This document shows, one piece after another, positions 51,021 through 64,000 of a DNA stretch of 64,000 bases. The DNA is taken from NCBI RefSeq assembly GCF_009914755.1, contig NC_060927.1, one strand, 5' to 3'. The number at the start of each line of letters is the position of its first letter. Position 1 is the first letter of the stretch. Source of the DNA: the human T2T-CHM13v2.0 reference genome, Homo sapiens. The notes below the pieces were generated by a model. That model saw only the letters and a list, made by a program, of their open reading frames with translations, did no database searches and had not been told where the DNA came from. Position numbers and translations under genes: made by a program.

Positions 51021-52422
51021 CAAGCTGAGTTCCAGTAGCAAGGTCATAAGCATTAGGCTTTCTACTTTTCAGGTCTCTGCTATTTCTGTTCTTGTCCTTT
51101 TGCACCTTTACTGACAACTTCCATTCCCTAAATGATGAGCTCCTCTCTGGAGGCAGAGGATATACATTTTAGATCCAGCTATCACTAAGTTCCTATCTGG
51201 TTTTGGTCACTAGATAGCTTTGTTAATATAGAAAATGGAAAATTTTCTTATCCCCTGTGGGCCTTATTTTCTTCATTTGTAAAACAAAACTGGTGGCTCC
51301 TACTTCATGGCATTAATAGATGCAGATAAAATTTCTGGTCTATAATAAATGTTTAAATGATCAGTTTATTTTAACTATTTCTTCCTTTCTTAGTTCCAGA
51401 AGCCGGACAATGATGGATATTAATAAGTATTGATTAAATGTATGTATGAATGAAAAAAAAAAATGAGAAAGTGTTTTCTGTGGGTAACAATGGTTCTGAG
51501 CTTAACACAATAAAAACCCCCTCTGAGTACACTAGCTAAATAAATTCTGGTCTTTTACTTTCTTAAGTACTATTCTCTGTCTTTTTACAAAGTATACACC
51601 TCAATCTTTTGTTCATGTAATTAAAATAACACGTCTGGCTCTAGAGATACATGGAATCAAACAATTTCATAAGCTGTGTAGCACTAATAGCTAGAGGAAT
51701 GATAAAAAAAATTCAGAATGGAGTCACACAGTTGAATCTAACCAAATGGTAAGACAGAGTGAGTTGTAAACTTCCTTGAAGAGACAGAAGAATAAGATAC
51801 TAATAGAACTCATGCTCAGGATGGTGGGCAGTCTGCCCTGTTTAAGTTTTAGAGTCCCTGTCACAGTGACCATAAAAAGCATGAAAATAAATTTTAAACA
51901 AGGTCATATCTCTATTTCATATGTAACTTTCACTAGTTGAGAAGATAACCTCAAAATCATCCAGGTAATATAATTGTCTCAGCAAATAAGACTCTCTTAT
52001 CCTTGAGAACATTTGGAAATAAATGTAGATATGTTTAAGAAAATTATGGTACTAACATTTTGTACTAAGTACATGCTTGATATTTTAAGAATTTGTAACG
52101 TCTAAAAGAATTTTGCCTTTGAGAGTAACATATCAGCTTTATGATTCCAATGTGAAATGTGTAACTGAGTAATTGATTTGGACATGTGATTTGAGGTTGA
52201 AATCTTTATATATTTATACATATATATTCATTGTGGAACTGCTTAATACAAATTTAAAATTTAAATAAGTTTCATAAGTTTATAGATTTGAAAGAGTAAT
52301 TTAGGTGCTCTAAAAGATTTTTTTTGCTTGTTACTTGAAATTCTTAAAAAGAAAATTTTATGTTTTAATGTAATAAATGTATAAGGTGAGCTTAAAATAT
52401 ATAAGTTTAATACTTCAAGCTG

Positions 52423-53192
<770 letters not shown>

Positions 53193-54729
53193 ACTTAAAG
53201 CTTTAAATTGGACAGCATATTAGTTGAAGTTTCTTTAAAACTGAGGGACATTTTTGTTAATTTTATAAGTACAAGAAGAGATTTGTAAGTATAACTTAAA
53301 ATAAGAAAAAATAGATTATTGTACTGACTTCAATAAATCAAATATTCATATTTAAAATTAAACATGTGAATAATATTTTCTGTTAATTAATATTTTACTA
53401 GGAAACCCCAAATCTTATCTTCATAGTTCACCATACCTGATATATATATTTTGGTGAATCTTTTAGACTAGACTAAGAATTTGGATGGCAGCTACTAGAG
53501 GGGCCAGACTATGGGGTTCTCAACTATCACAGAAATAAATTAGAAAAATGATTCCAGGTAACACAGGTTTCCACAAGGACCTCTATCCATAATGGACAAA
53601 AAGTGTAAGTGTAGTTTCCTCCCTCAGAACCATGTGATGCCTATCAGAGAGGGACTAAAGGAAGATAAGGAAGGAGAAAAGAACAAAGGGGGAAGAAAAG
53701 GAAAAGAACAACACAAAGCAACAACAACAGAAAAAGAAAACAAACAGAAACAAAACAAAACCCACCAACCCTGAATTGAAATTCGCAAGTTGGGTAAGTT
53801 GAGCAGAGACTAAAGCATGAATAGGAATGCCATTCCAGCAAGACTGAAGGTTGATCCTAAGAGCTAAATGTTGAGCCATTTCATATACATTGCAAAAAAA
53901 AAAGAGAACAGTAATTACAGAAAAGCAGCAAGCGTGTAATCTACATAAAAGTATTTGGAAGATATTTTATTTCTTTATGCATGCCAGTTGCTTCTGTCTA
54001 TCGTGAGTGAAAATGACCGCCTGTAATCTGTTGTGACTGCCAAAATGTGGTCACATAAAGGTAATTCCAAATAAATTACAGCATTGTATTATATTAATAC
54101 ATTTAATACATGTCTTATTTTGAATATGTAGAATGGAGTATACACTTTATGAATAGATGCTTAGCTTCTCTCTAACAAATGTTAAACCAAAAAATAAATA
54201 ACATTGGTTTGAATGGTGTGCTGATTTATGGCCTACTGGGTTGCACACATTGGTTGGGAGACTGAGGGTAGCTGTAATTCTACAGACTTAACCTATACTT
54301 GGGTCAAATTTCCATAGCCTTATGGAGCACTAGCAATTTTCAATACACATACTTACTTAAATGGTATGCTTTGATTTATAAATCCAGTGGAAAGAAACTG
54401 AAATGTATGTTAAAAAATGTGAAAATAGGAAGCCAAGAGTCAGAGAATAGAATAAACATTCTGATATTAGCAGGTCATGTCAAGCTACTTCCACCAAAAT
54501 AGATTGCTCTAGAGAGGAACAATTTTAAAAATCAGGCAAAGTCAGGCCATACATTGATGCCAACAGATTATGATTCTCCAAAAACTGGGGTTAAAAATGG
54601 TGAAGATTCCCAGATATCTGAAAGATAGACCAGGTTTAGATTTGGTGGGCCTGGCCTTCCTCCCTTAAAAAGTATCCTTCAATAATCTCCAGCAATAAGA
54701 AAAAAACAAATTACAAACATACCAACAAC

Positions 54730-55740
54730 TCGAGGGATCATACTGTGTTGAGCCAAAGAAGCTAGATCCAAGAATATACTATGTTTCCATTTGTAAGAGG
54801 TTTGAGAACAGGCAAAACTAATTGATGCTATAAGAAATTATAAAAATGCCTCAGGAGAGGGTGAATGACTGAAATGGGGTATGAAGGAACTTTTGGTAGC
54901 CATGGAAAGAAATATTATATATCATTATCTGAGTGACAGTTACATGTATCCATTTGTCAAAATGAATTAAGGTTGAGAGTCTTGCAATTTCATTACATTT
55001 AAATTATATTTCAATGAAGTATTTTAGCATAAACACACACACAGACACACACACACATACACCTTACAATGAGCCTAAGTGTATAGCTTATTCACTGCTG
55101 TAGAAAATATAAACTTACAGAGTAACCTTGAGGAAAATGTTTGGCAGTTTCTACAAATAGTAAGCATACAACTATTTTATGGCCCAGCAAATCCATTCCT
55201 AAGTATATTTATCCAACAGAAATGTTCACATAAGTGCACCAAAGATATGTGCACAATTTTTTGCATACTTTTGTAATGACCCTTAACTGGAAACTGCCCA
55301 ATAATCCATCAAAAGTATAATTAGTAAAGAAAGAGAAATTATGGAACACCACCACAATGGAAAACTACACAGAAATGAGAATTATCATAAAATGATAATT
55401 TTAAGCAAAAACATGGGTGAATCATACTAATACAAAGTTGAGCAAAAGGAGCTAGACACAGAAGAGTACATACTGGATGTTCCCATTAATTTAAAATAAC
55501 TAGTAAGCAAAATTAATCTATGGTGTTAAAAAGCAAGATAGTTGTTACCACTGGAAGGATTATAAGGAGAAAGAAACAGGGCAGGATTTGTAGGGTGCTG
55601 GTCATATTATCTTTCTTCATCTGGGTTCTGATTACACAAATGGACTCAGTTTGTGAAAATTCATAGAGCTATACAATTATTATGGGTTTACCTTCCTGTA
55701 TGTGGTACATACATAAACCTTTGATTTATATTAAAAGTAA
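54730..55740 (+). mobile_element. Two tandem L1ME/MD-type 3' fragments
   Basis: Two copies of the ancient L1 3' motif (aacaggcaaaactaatt / agcaaaattaatctatggtgtt). Confidence 0.6.
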
Positions 55741-56883
55741 AAACAGAAACAAAGTATCCAATTGTACCCCTCATCATCATTTGCTCTGTTAACCTGCCTT
55801 GGACTTCAGACCCACGATCACCCTTCTCTCTTTCCTTAGCAGGCGCATATTAGGTACCTTTTCATTTTTGCTTCTTCTCTCCAGGTGTCTTGGTGATTGT
55901 GGCATTATACATCTTACATTCTCCAGTGTTTCAACTCATTTTCAACTAAGAAATTTCCTCAATCAGCTCTCTCACATCCTAATGCCTAACCCAGTCTGTA
56001 GCTCCTAGAAGGCACTCAACATTTATTTAATAAACAGATATTAAAAGAAAAAAATCATCAGATGCTCCCAACAGCTGCTCTCCACTGCCCTTACCTGGCT
56101 ACCTCTACCTTGATTCTAACAAGCATGGTCTTAGTAGTAGGAAGAATGCATTGAGAATGCTTCACTGATTGAGTGCCATCAGAGACGAAGAATTGCACAA
56201 GCGTTTCCAATCCCAGAGTCTGTTGTCTAAATCGTAGGAGGAGAGCCAACAGGCATACTGAGAAGCCCATGGGACCTGCTACCATGGCATCCCCAGGGTC
56301 ATGGTTAGTGGCATTCCTGTGTTACAACTGAATAATTTAATGGTATGATTTCTGGAGGTATATCAAAATGAATCTTATGGCTTATTAAAACTGAATCATT
56401 AAGGAATAAGTACAGTTGCAAATAACAGAAAATATAATCCCAATGCTTTAAAACAGAAGACATTATTTGTCTTTACAATATAAAACTGGAGTTAGGTAGT
56501 ACAAGGCCAGTACAACATCTCAATAATTCAAGCTCTGTCTGTCATCCTGCTTTGCCATCCTTAGCATGCTCGCAGCATCCTCATAATTGTAGTCCTGTTG
56601 TTGCAAGACGGATACTTCCGCTCCATCTTTGTATTCCATGGGGCAGAAATGTAGAGAACACAAGGAAAAAAAGTCACACAATTACCTATAATCCAAGCTT
56701 CAAAGCATCCAAAAAATTGTCTCTGTAGCAGGCACATGTAAAAAGACAGTAAGTGAAAATGGAAGTTGAGTACACACCACCCAAAGATATTTTACCAATG
56801 TTAGGACAACACAGAACACTACTACCACAAATGACTATGTAGTCATCTAGAGCATTCTTAAGCTGCCATTTAAAATGATGCCA

Positions 56884-57833
56884 CAGCAAAAGACATGATC
56901 AACAAAATAAACAGATGATCTACAGGATGGGAAAAAAATATTTTCATTATGCACCCGACAAAAGGCTAATATCCAGAATCTACAAGGAAGTCAAACAGCT
57001 CAAGAAGAAAACAACAAACAACTCCGTTAAAAAGTGGGCAAAGTATATGAACAGACATTTTTCAAGAAACCATACAAGCAGCCAACAAACATATGAAAAG
57101 ATGCTCAATGTCACTAATCAGAAATGCAAATTAAGAGTACAGACAGATACCATTTTATACCTGTCAGAATGGCTATTATTAAAAAGTCAAAAAATGACAG
57201 ATGTTGATAATGCAGAGAAAAGGGAACGTTTATATGCTGTTGGTGAGAATGTAAATTATTACAACCTTTATGAAAAACGGTGTGAAGATTTCTCAAAGAA
57301 CTAAAAATGGAACCACCATTCTATCCAGCAATTCCACTACTGTATATATATCCAAAGGGGGAAAATCATTCTATCAAAAAGATAACTGCACTAGTATGTT
57401 TATTGCAGCACCATTCTCAATAGCAAAAATATGGAATCAACCTAAGTGTCCATCAATGGAGGATTGGATAAAGAAAATATGGTGTATACATACTATGGAA
57501 TACTACTCGGCCATAAGAAAGAATAAAATCATGTATTTTGCAGCAATATGGTTGGAACTGGAGGCAATTATCCTAACTGAAAAATCTCAGAAAAAGAAAG
57601 TCAAATACCTCACGATCTCACTTAAGTGGGAGATAGACAATAGGTACACATATACATACAGGGTAGAATAGACATCAGATACTTCAGAAGGTGGGAGGAT
57701 AGTGAAGGTTAAAAAATTACCTGTTGAGTACACTCTTCACTATTTGGGTGATGGGTACATTAAAAGCCCAGAACTCACCACTACACAATATATGCATGTA
57801 AGAAATCTGTACTTCTACCCACTAATATTAAAA
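56884..57833 (+). mobile_element. L1PB/L1MA-type 3' portion
   Basis: ORF2 C-terminal peptides ([20 protein letters not shown]) and 3' UTR; degenerate TSD aaaatgatgcca/aaagtggtgcca. Confidence 0.85.
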
Positions 57834-59844
57834 AGTGGTGCCAGTAAAGACTGTATAATGGGAAAGTCCCACGACTGAAGGTAAGAAAGCTTGCTTGTAC
57901 ACAAATATTGCAACTTCTAAAATATATATATAGACATGGAGACCCAGGTTGGAAAAGAATGATTAAAAATGAAATTATTACTATGTTCAGCTAGTGATAT
58001 TATAGATAATATTTATTTTTAAAACAAATTATTCTAGTCATAATATTGTTTTACAAACACAAAGAGATTTTAAAATGTTTTTACTTAAGAAAACCCATCT
58101 TTATAGACAACAAGGCACTCCTGCTTTGTTTTTATTTAGATTCATTAATCCTTTGTTTTTATTTAATTTTTTGTGGGTACATCATAAGTGTATATATTTA
58201 AGGGGTACATGAAATGTTTTGATATAGGCATTGAATATGAAACAAGCACATAATGGAGAATGGGGTAACTATCTCCTCAAACATTTATCCTTTGAGTTGC
58301 AAACATTTCAAATATAATCTTTATTTCAAAATGTACAATTAAGTTATTATTGACTATAGTCACTCTATTGTGCTACCAAATAGTGCGTCTTATTCATTCT
58401 TCCCAACTATTTACTTTTGTACCCATTAATCATCCCCACCTTTCCCACCCCAAGCTCCCTACTACCCTTCCCAGCCTTTGGCAACCATCTTTTCCTCTTT
58501 ATGCCTGAGTTTAATTGTTTAATTTTAACATTTGTAGATCCCACAAGTGAGTAAGAACATGTGATATTTGTCTTTCTGTGCTGGGTTTATTTCACATAAT
58601 ACAATCATCTCCAGTTTCATGCATGTTTTTTCAAATGACTGGATCTCATTCTTTTTTTATGGCTGAATAGTACTCCACTGTATATATGTGCCACATTTTT
58701 TTTATCCATTCATCTGTTGGTGGGCACATAGGTTCCTTCCAAATCATAGCTATTGTAAACAGTGCTGCAACAACATAGGAGTACAAGATATCTCTCTAAT
58801 ATACTGATTTCCTTTCTTTTGGGTATACACCTAGCACTGAGATTACTGGGTTCTACGGTAGCTAAATTTTTAGTCTTTTGAGGAACCTCCAAAGTATTCT
58901 CCATAGTGGCTGTACTAATTTACATTCCCACCAACAGTGTATAAGGATTCCCCTTTCTTCACACCCTCTCCGGCATTTGTCTTTTGGATATAAGCCACTT
59001 TAATTGGGGTGAGATGATATCTCATTGTAGCTTTGGTCTGCATTTCTCTGATGATCAATGATGTTGATCATCTTTTCATATGTTGTTTCTCATTTGTACG
59101 TCTTCTTTTGAGAAATATCTATTCAAATATTTTGCCCATTTTTATCAGATTATTAGGTTTCATTTATTTGAGCTCCTTACGTATTTTCGTTATTAATCAC
59201 TTGTTAGATGAGTAGTTTGCAAATATTTTCTGTGGGTTGTCTCCTTATTTTGTTGACTGTATATCCTTTGTTGTGCAGAAGCTTTTTAGCTTGATGTGAT
59301 CCCATTTATTCATTTTTGCTTTGGTTGCCTGTGTTTCTGGGGTATTGCTTGCTTAAGAAGTCTTTGCCCAGATCAATGTCCTGGAGATTTTCCCCAGTGC
59401 TTTCTTGTAATAGTTTCATAGATTGAGATGTTAAATTTATGACTTTAATCAATTTTGATTTGATTTTTGTATACGGCAAGAGATAGGGGTTTAGTTTCAT
59501 TCTTCTGAATATGGATATCCAGTTTTCCCAGCACAATTTATTGAAGACACTATCTTTTCTCCAGTGTATATTCTTGGAACCTTTGACAAAAATGAGTTCA
59601 AAGTAGGTGTGCGGATTTATTTCTAGGATCTCTATTCTTTTCTGTTGGTCTATGTGTCTGTTTTTATGCCAGTACCACACTGTTTTGGTTACTATAGCTC
59701 TGGAGTATAATTTGAAGATAGGTAATGTGATTTCACCAGCTTTTTGATTTCACCAGCTTTTTTGGTTTTCGTTTTGTTTTGTTTTGCTTAGGATAGCTTT
59801 GGCTATTCTGGGTCTTTTATGGCTCCATAAAAATGTTAGGATTG

Positions 59845-60140
59845 GGCCGGGCACAGTGGCTTAAACCTGTAATCCCAGCACTTTGGGAGGCCAAGGCGGG
59901 CAGATGACCTGGAGTCAGGAGTTCGAGGTGAAACCCCATCTCTATTGAAAATACAAAAATTAGCTGGGCATGGTGGCAGATACCTATAAACCCAGCTACT
60001 CAGGAGGCTGAAGCAGGAGAATCACTTGAACCCAGGAGGCGGAGATTGCAGTGAGCCAAGATTGTGCCACTGCATTCCAGCCTGGGTGACACAGGGATAC
60101 TCTGTCTACAAAAAAAAAAAAAAAAAAAAACAAGAAAAAA
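59845..60140 (+). mobile_element. AluS with small left-arm deletion
   Basis: ggccgggcacagtggc...gagttcgaggtgaaacccc...long A tail. Confidence 0.95.
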
Positions 60141-61179
60141 GAAAATTTTTTTTGTATTTCTGTGAAGAATGTCATTGGTATTTCGATAGAGATTGCATTG
60201 AATGTATAGATTGCTTTGGGTAGCATGGACATTTTAACAATATAGAGATCTTTTACTTATTTGGTTAAGTTATTTCTAGGTATTTAATTTTATTTCTGGT
60301 GATTGTAAATGTAGGTATTTAATTTTATTTCTTTTTCACATTGTTCACTGTTGACATATAGAAATGCTGCTGATTTTTGTATGTTGATTTTGTATCCTGC
60401 AACTTTACTGAATTTGTTTATCAGATATAATAGTTTTCTTGTGGAGTCTTGCGGTTTTTCCAAATGTAAGATCATATCATCTGCAAACAAGGATAATTTG
60501 ACTTCTTCCTTTCCAATTTGAATGCTTTTTATATCTTGCTCCTGTCTGATTGCTCTAGCTAGAACTTCTAGTACTATGTTGAATAATTCTGTTGATATAA
60601 TATATCACAATGATTAATTTGCATGTGTTGAATCATCCTTGCATTCTAGACATAAATCCCACTTGGTTATGATGGATGATCTTTCTAATGTGTTGTTGAA
60701 TTTGGATTGCTAGTATTTTGTTGAGGATTTTTACATCAATATTTATCAGAGATAGTGGCCTATAGTTTTTTGTTTTTCTTTCTTTCTTTTGATGTGTTTT
60801 TGTCTGGTTTTGGTATCAGCGTAATACTGGCCTCATAGAATGAGTTTGGAAGTATTCCCCTCTCCTCTTTTCTTCACAAGAGTTTGAGTAGAATTGGTAT
60901 TATTTCTTCTTTAAATGTTTGGTACAATTCAGCCATCAGGTCCCAGGCTTTTCCTTAAAGGGAGACTTTTTATTATGACTTTGAACTCATAACTTGTTAT
61001 TGGTCTATTCAGGTTTTGGATTTCTTCCTGGTTCAATCTTGGTAGGTTGCATGTATCTAGGAATTTGTTCATTTCTTCCATATTTTCAAATTTATTGGCA
61101 TATCATTGCTTATTATAGCCACTAATGATCCTTTGAATTTCTATGGTATCAGTTGTAATATCTCGTTTTTAATTTCTGA

Positions 61180-61840
<661 letters not shown>

Positions 61841-63354
61841 ACTTGCTTTTTAAAAAAATCAACTTTGGTTTCATTGAATCCTTTTATTCATATTTTTTAA
61901 TTTCAAATTTATTTATTTCTGCTCTGATATTTATTATCTCTTTTCTTCTAATTTTGCATTTAGTTTGCTCTTGCTTTTCTAGTTCTTAAAGATGCATCAT
62001 TAGATTGTTTATTTGAATTTTTTTAATATTTTTTGATGTAGGCATTTATAGCTATAAATTTCCCTTTTAGTACTGCTTTTCCTGTATCCCATAGGTTTTG
62101 GTATGTTGTATTTCCATCATCATTTGTTTCAAAGAAATTTTCAAGTTCTTTCCCAATTTCTTTATTGATCCATGATTAATTTGGGGGAATATTGTTTAAT
62201 TTCCATGTATTTGTATAGTTTACAAAATTCCTCGTTTTTAATTTCTGTTCTATTCCATTATGGTTAGAGAAGATGACTGATATTATTTCAATTGTTTTGA
62301 ATGTTTTAAGACTTGTTTTGTAAACTAAAATATAATTTATCCTAGAGAATAATTCATGTGCTGAGGAGAAGAATGTGTATTCTGCAGCCATTGAATAAAA
62401 TCTTCTATAAATATTTATTAGATATATTTAGTCTATAGTGCAGATTAAGTCTGATGCTTCTTTGTTGATTTTCTATCTGGAAGATCACTCCAATGCTGAA
62501 AGTGGAGTGTTGAAGTTTCCAGCTATTATTGTATCAGGGCCTATCTCTCTCTTTACCTCTGATAAGGTTTGCTTTATATATCTGGGTGCTCCACCTTTGG
62601 GCTTATATATATTTAAAATTATTATATTATCTTGCTGAATTGACCCCTTTATCATTATAGATTACTTTCTCTGTTTTTTCTTATAGATTTGGTCTTGAAA
62701 TCTATTTTTTCTGATATAAATAGAGCAACTTCTGCTCTATTTTGACTTCCATTGGCATGGAATATCTTTTTTGATATCTTTATTTTCAGCCTATGTGTGT
62801 CTTTATAGGTTTTGTGTGTTTCTTGGCAACAGATCAATGAGTCTTGTTTTTTTCATCCATTCAGCCAGTCTATGTCTTTTAATTAAACAGATTAGTCCAT
62901 TTACATGTCATGTTATTAGTGATGAGTAAGGACATACTCCTGCCATTTTGGTATTTGGTTTTTGGTTGTTTTGTGGACTTCTCTTCCTTCTTTCCTACCA
63001 GTCTTCCTCTAACGAAAGTGATTGTCTTTAATGACATGATTTAGTTTCTTGTTTTTTTATTTTTTGTGTCTCCCTAGTAAGTTTTTTTGGTTTAAGGTTA
63101 CCACGAGACTTGCAAATACTATTTTATATCCCATTATTTTAACCTTTCAACAACTTAACACTGTTTGCATAAACACATTAACAAGCAAAAAGCAAATTCA
63201 TAAAACCTACATGGCTTAACTTTGTCCTCTAGCTTTTAAACTTCTTGTTTACTGACTTTTTCAATATTCAGGTGGTCTTGAAATGTTGTAGTTATTATTT
63301 TTGATTGATTCATCATTTAGTCTTTCTACTTAGCATAATAATTTACACACCACA

Positions 63355-63950
63355 GGAGGAGGAGCCAAGATGGCCGAATAGGAACAGCTCTGGTCTACAG
63401 CTCCCAGCCTGAGCGACGCAGAAGATGGGTGATTTCTGCATTTCCATCTGAGGTACCAGGTTCATCTCACTAGGGAGTGCCAGACAGTGGGCGCAGGTCA
63501 GTGGGTGCGCGCACCGTGAGCGAGCCGAAGCAGGGCGAGGCATTGCCTCACTCGGGAAGCACAAGGGGTCAGGGAGTTCCCTTTCCTAATCAAAGAGAGG
63601 GGTGAAGGAGGGCACCTGGAAAATCGGGTCACTCCCACCCTAATACTGAGCTTTTACGATGGGCTTAAAAAACAGCGCACCATGAGATTATATCCCGCAC
63701 ATGGCTCGGAGGGTCCTACCCCACGGAGTCTCGCTGATTGCTAGCACAGCAGTCTCAGATCAAACTGCAAGGCGGCAGCCAGGCTGGGGGAGGGGCGCCC
63801 GCCATTGCCCAGGCTTGATTAGGTAAACAAAGCAGCTGGGAAGCTCGAACTGGGTGGAGCCCACCACAGCTCAAGGAGGCCTGCCTGCCTCTGTAGGCTC
63901 CACCTCTGGGGGCAGGGCACAGAAAAACAAAAAGACAGCAGTAACCTCTG
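63355..63950. promoter_or_regulatory. L1 internal sense promoter (YY1 site) and antisense promoter region
   Basis: YY1 motif caagatggcc at 63366-63375 intact; bidirectional activity is established for L1PA 5' UTRs. Confidence 0.75.
63589..63805 (-). pseudogene. L1 ORF0, disrupted
   Basis: ATG at 63805 reads MAGAPPPAWLPPCSLI then TGA at 63757-63755 (Ser in intact ORF0). Confidence 0.85.
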
Positions 63951-64000
63951 CAGACTTAAATGTCCCTGTCTGACAGCTTTGAAAAGAGCAGTGGTTCTCC

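Larger units (their letters stand above)
63355..64000 (+). mobile_element. 5' UTR of a young L1PA2/3-like element, runs off the window
   Basis: ggaggaggagccaagatggccgaataggaacagctc... canonical L1PA 5' terminus, CpG-rich. Confidence 0.95.

Noticed and set aside
53488-53506. CTCF-like gctactagaggggcc
   Set aside because: Mismatches at core positions; not supportable without ChIP data.
63343-63564. 73-aa antisense ORF in the L1 5' UTR
   Set aside because: Not ORF0 (which starts MAGAPPPA at 63805 and is truncated); a generic antisense frame of L1PA UTRs.

Overview
Primate (very probably human or great-ape) AT-rich, repeat-dense non-coding DNA. I cannot support any host protein-coding exon, RNA gene or CRISPR array. 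Every long ORF in the track is a LINE-1 ORF1/ORF2 remnant, an Alu read-through or a translated microsatellite. The window holds four young L1PA insertions: two 5'-inverted (twin-primed), one 5'-truncated inside a MIR, and the 5' UTR of a probably full-length copy at the right edge. It also holds older L1M copies, about 11 Alu segments (several nested), MaLR/ERVL LTRs (MLT1, MLT2, THE1, MST), DNA-transposon MITEs (MER2, MER3, MER5, MER33, MADE1) and MIR/L2 fragments. The structure that repeat annotation does not explain is a recurrent pattern of local inverted copying. (i) Patches of perfect identity (231 and 100 bp) and shared non-consensus alleles between oppositely oriented L1PA segments, suggesting gene conversion. 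(ii) A 135-bp inverted templated insertion copied from 5.6 kb away, with a 26-bp target duplication and junction microhomologies. (iii) A 137-bp ungapped inverted repeat with a 46-bp perfect core. (iv) A perfect 14-bp-stem fold-back. Repeat subfamily names come from remembered consensus sequences and need RepeatMasker/Dfam confirmation.
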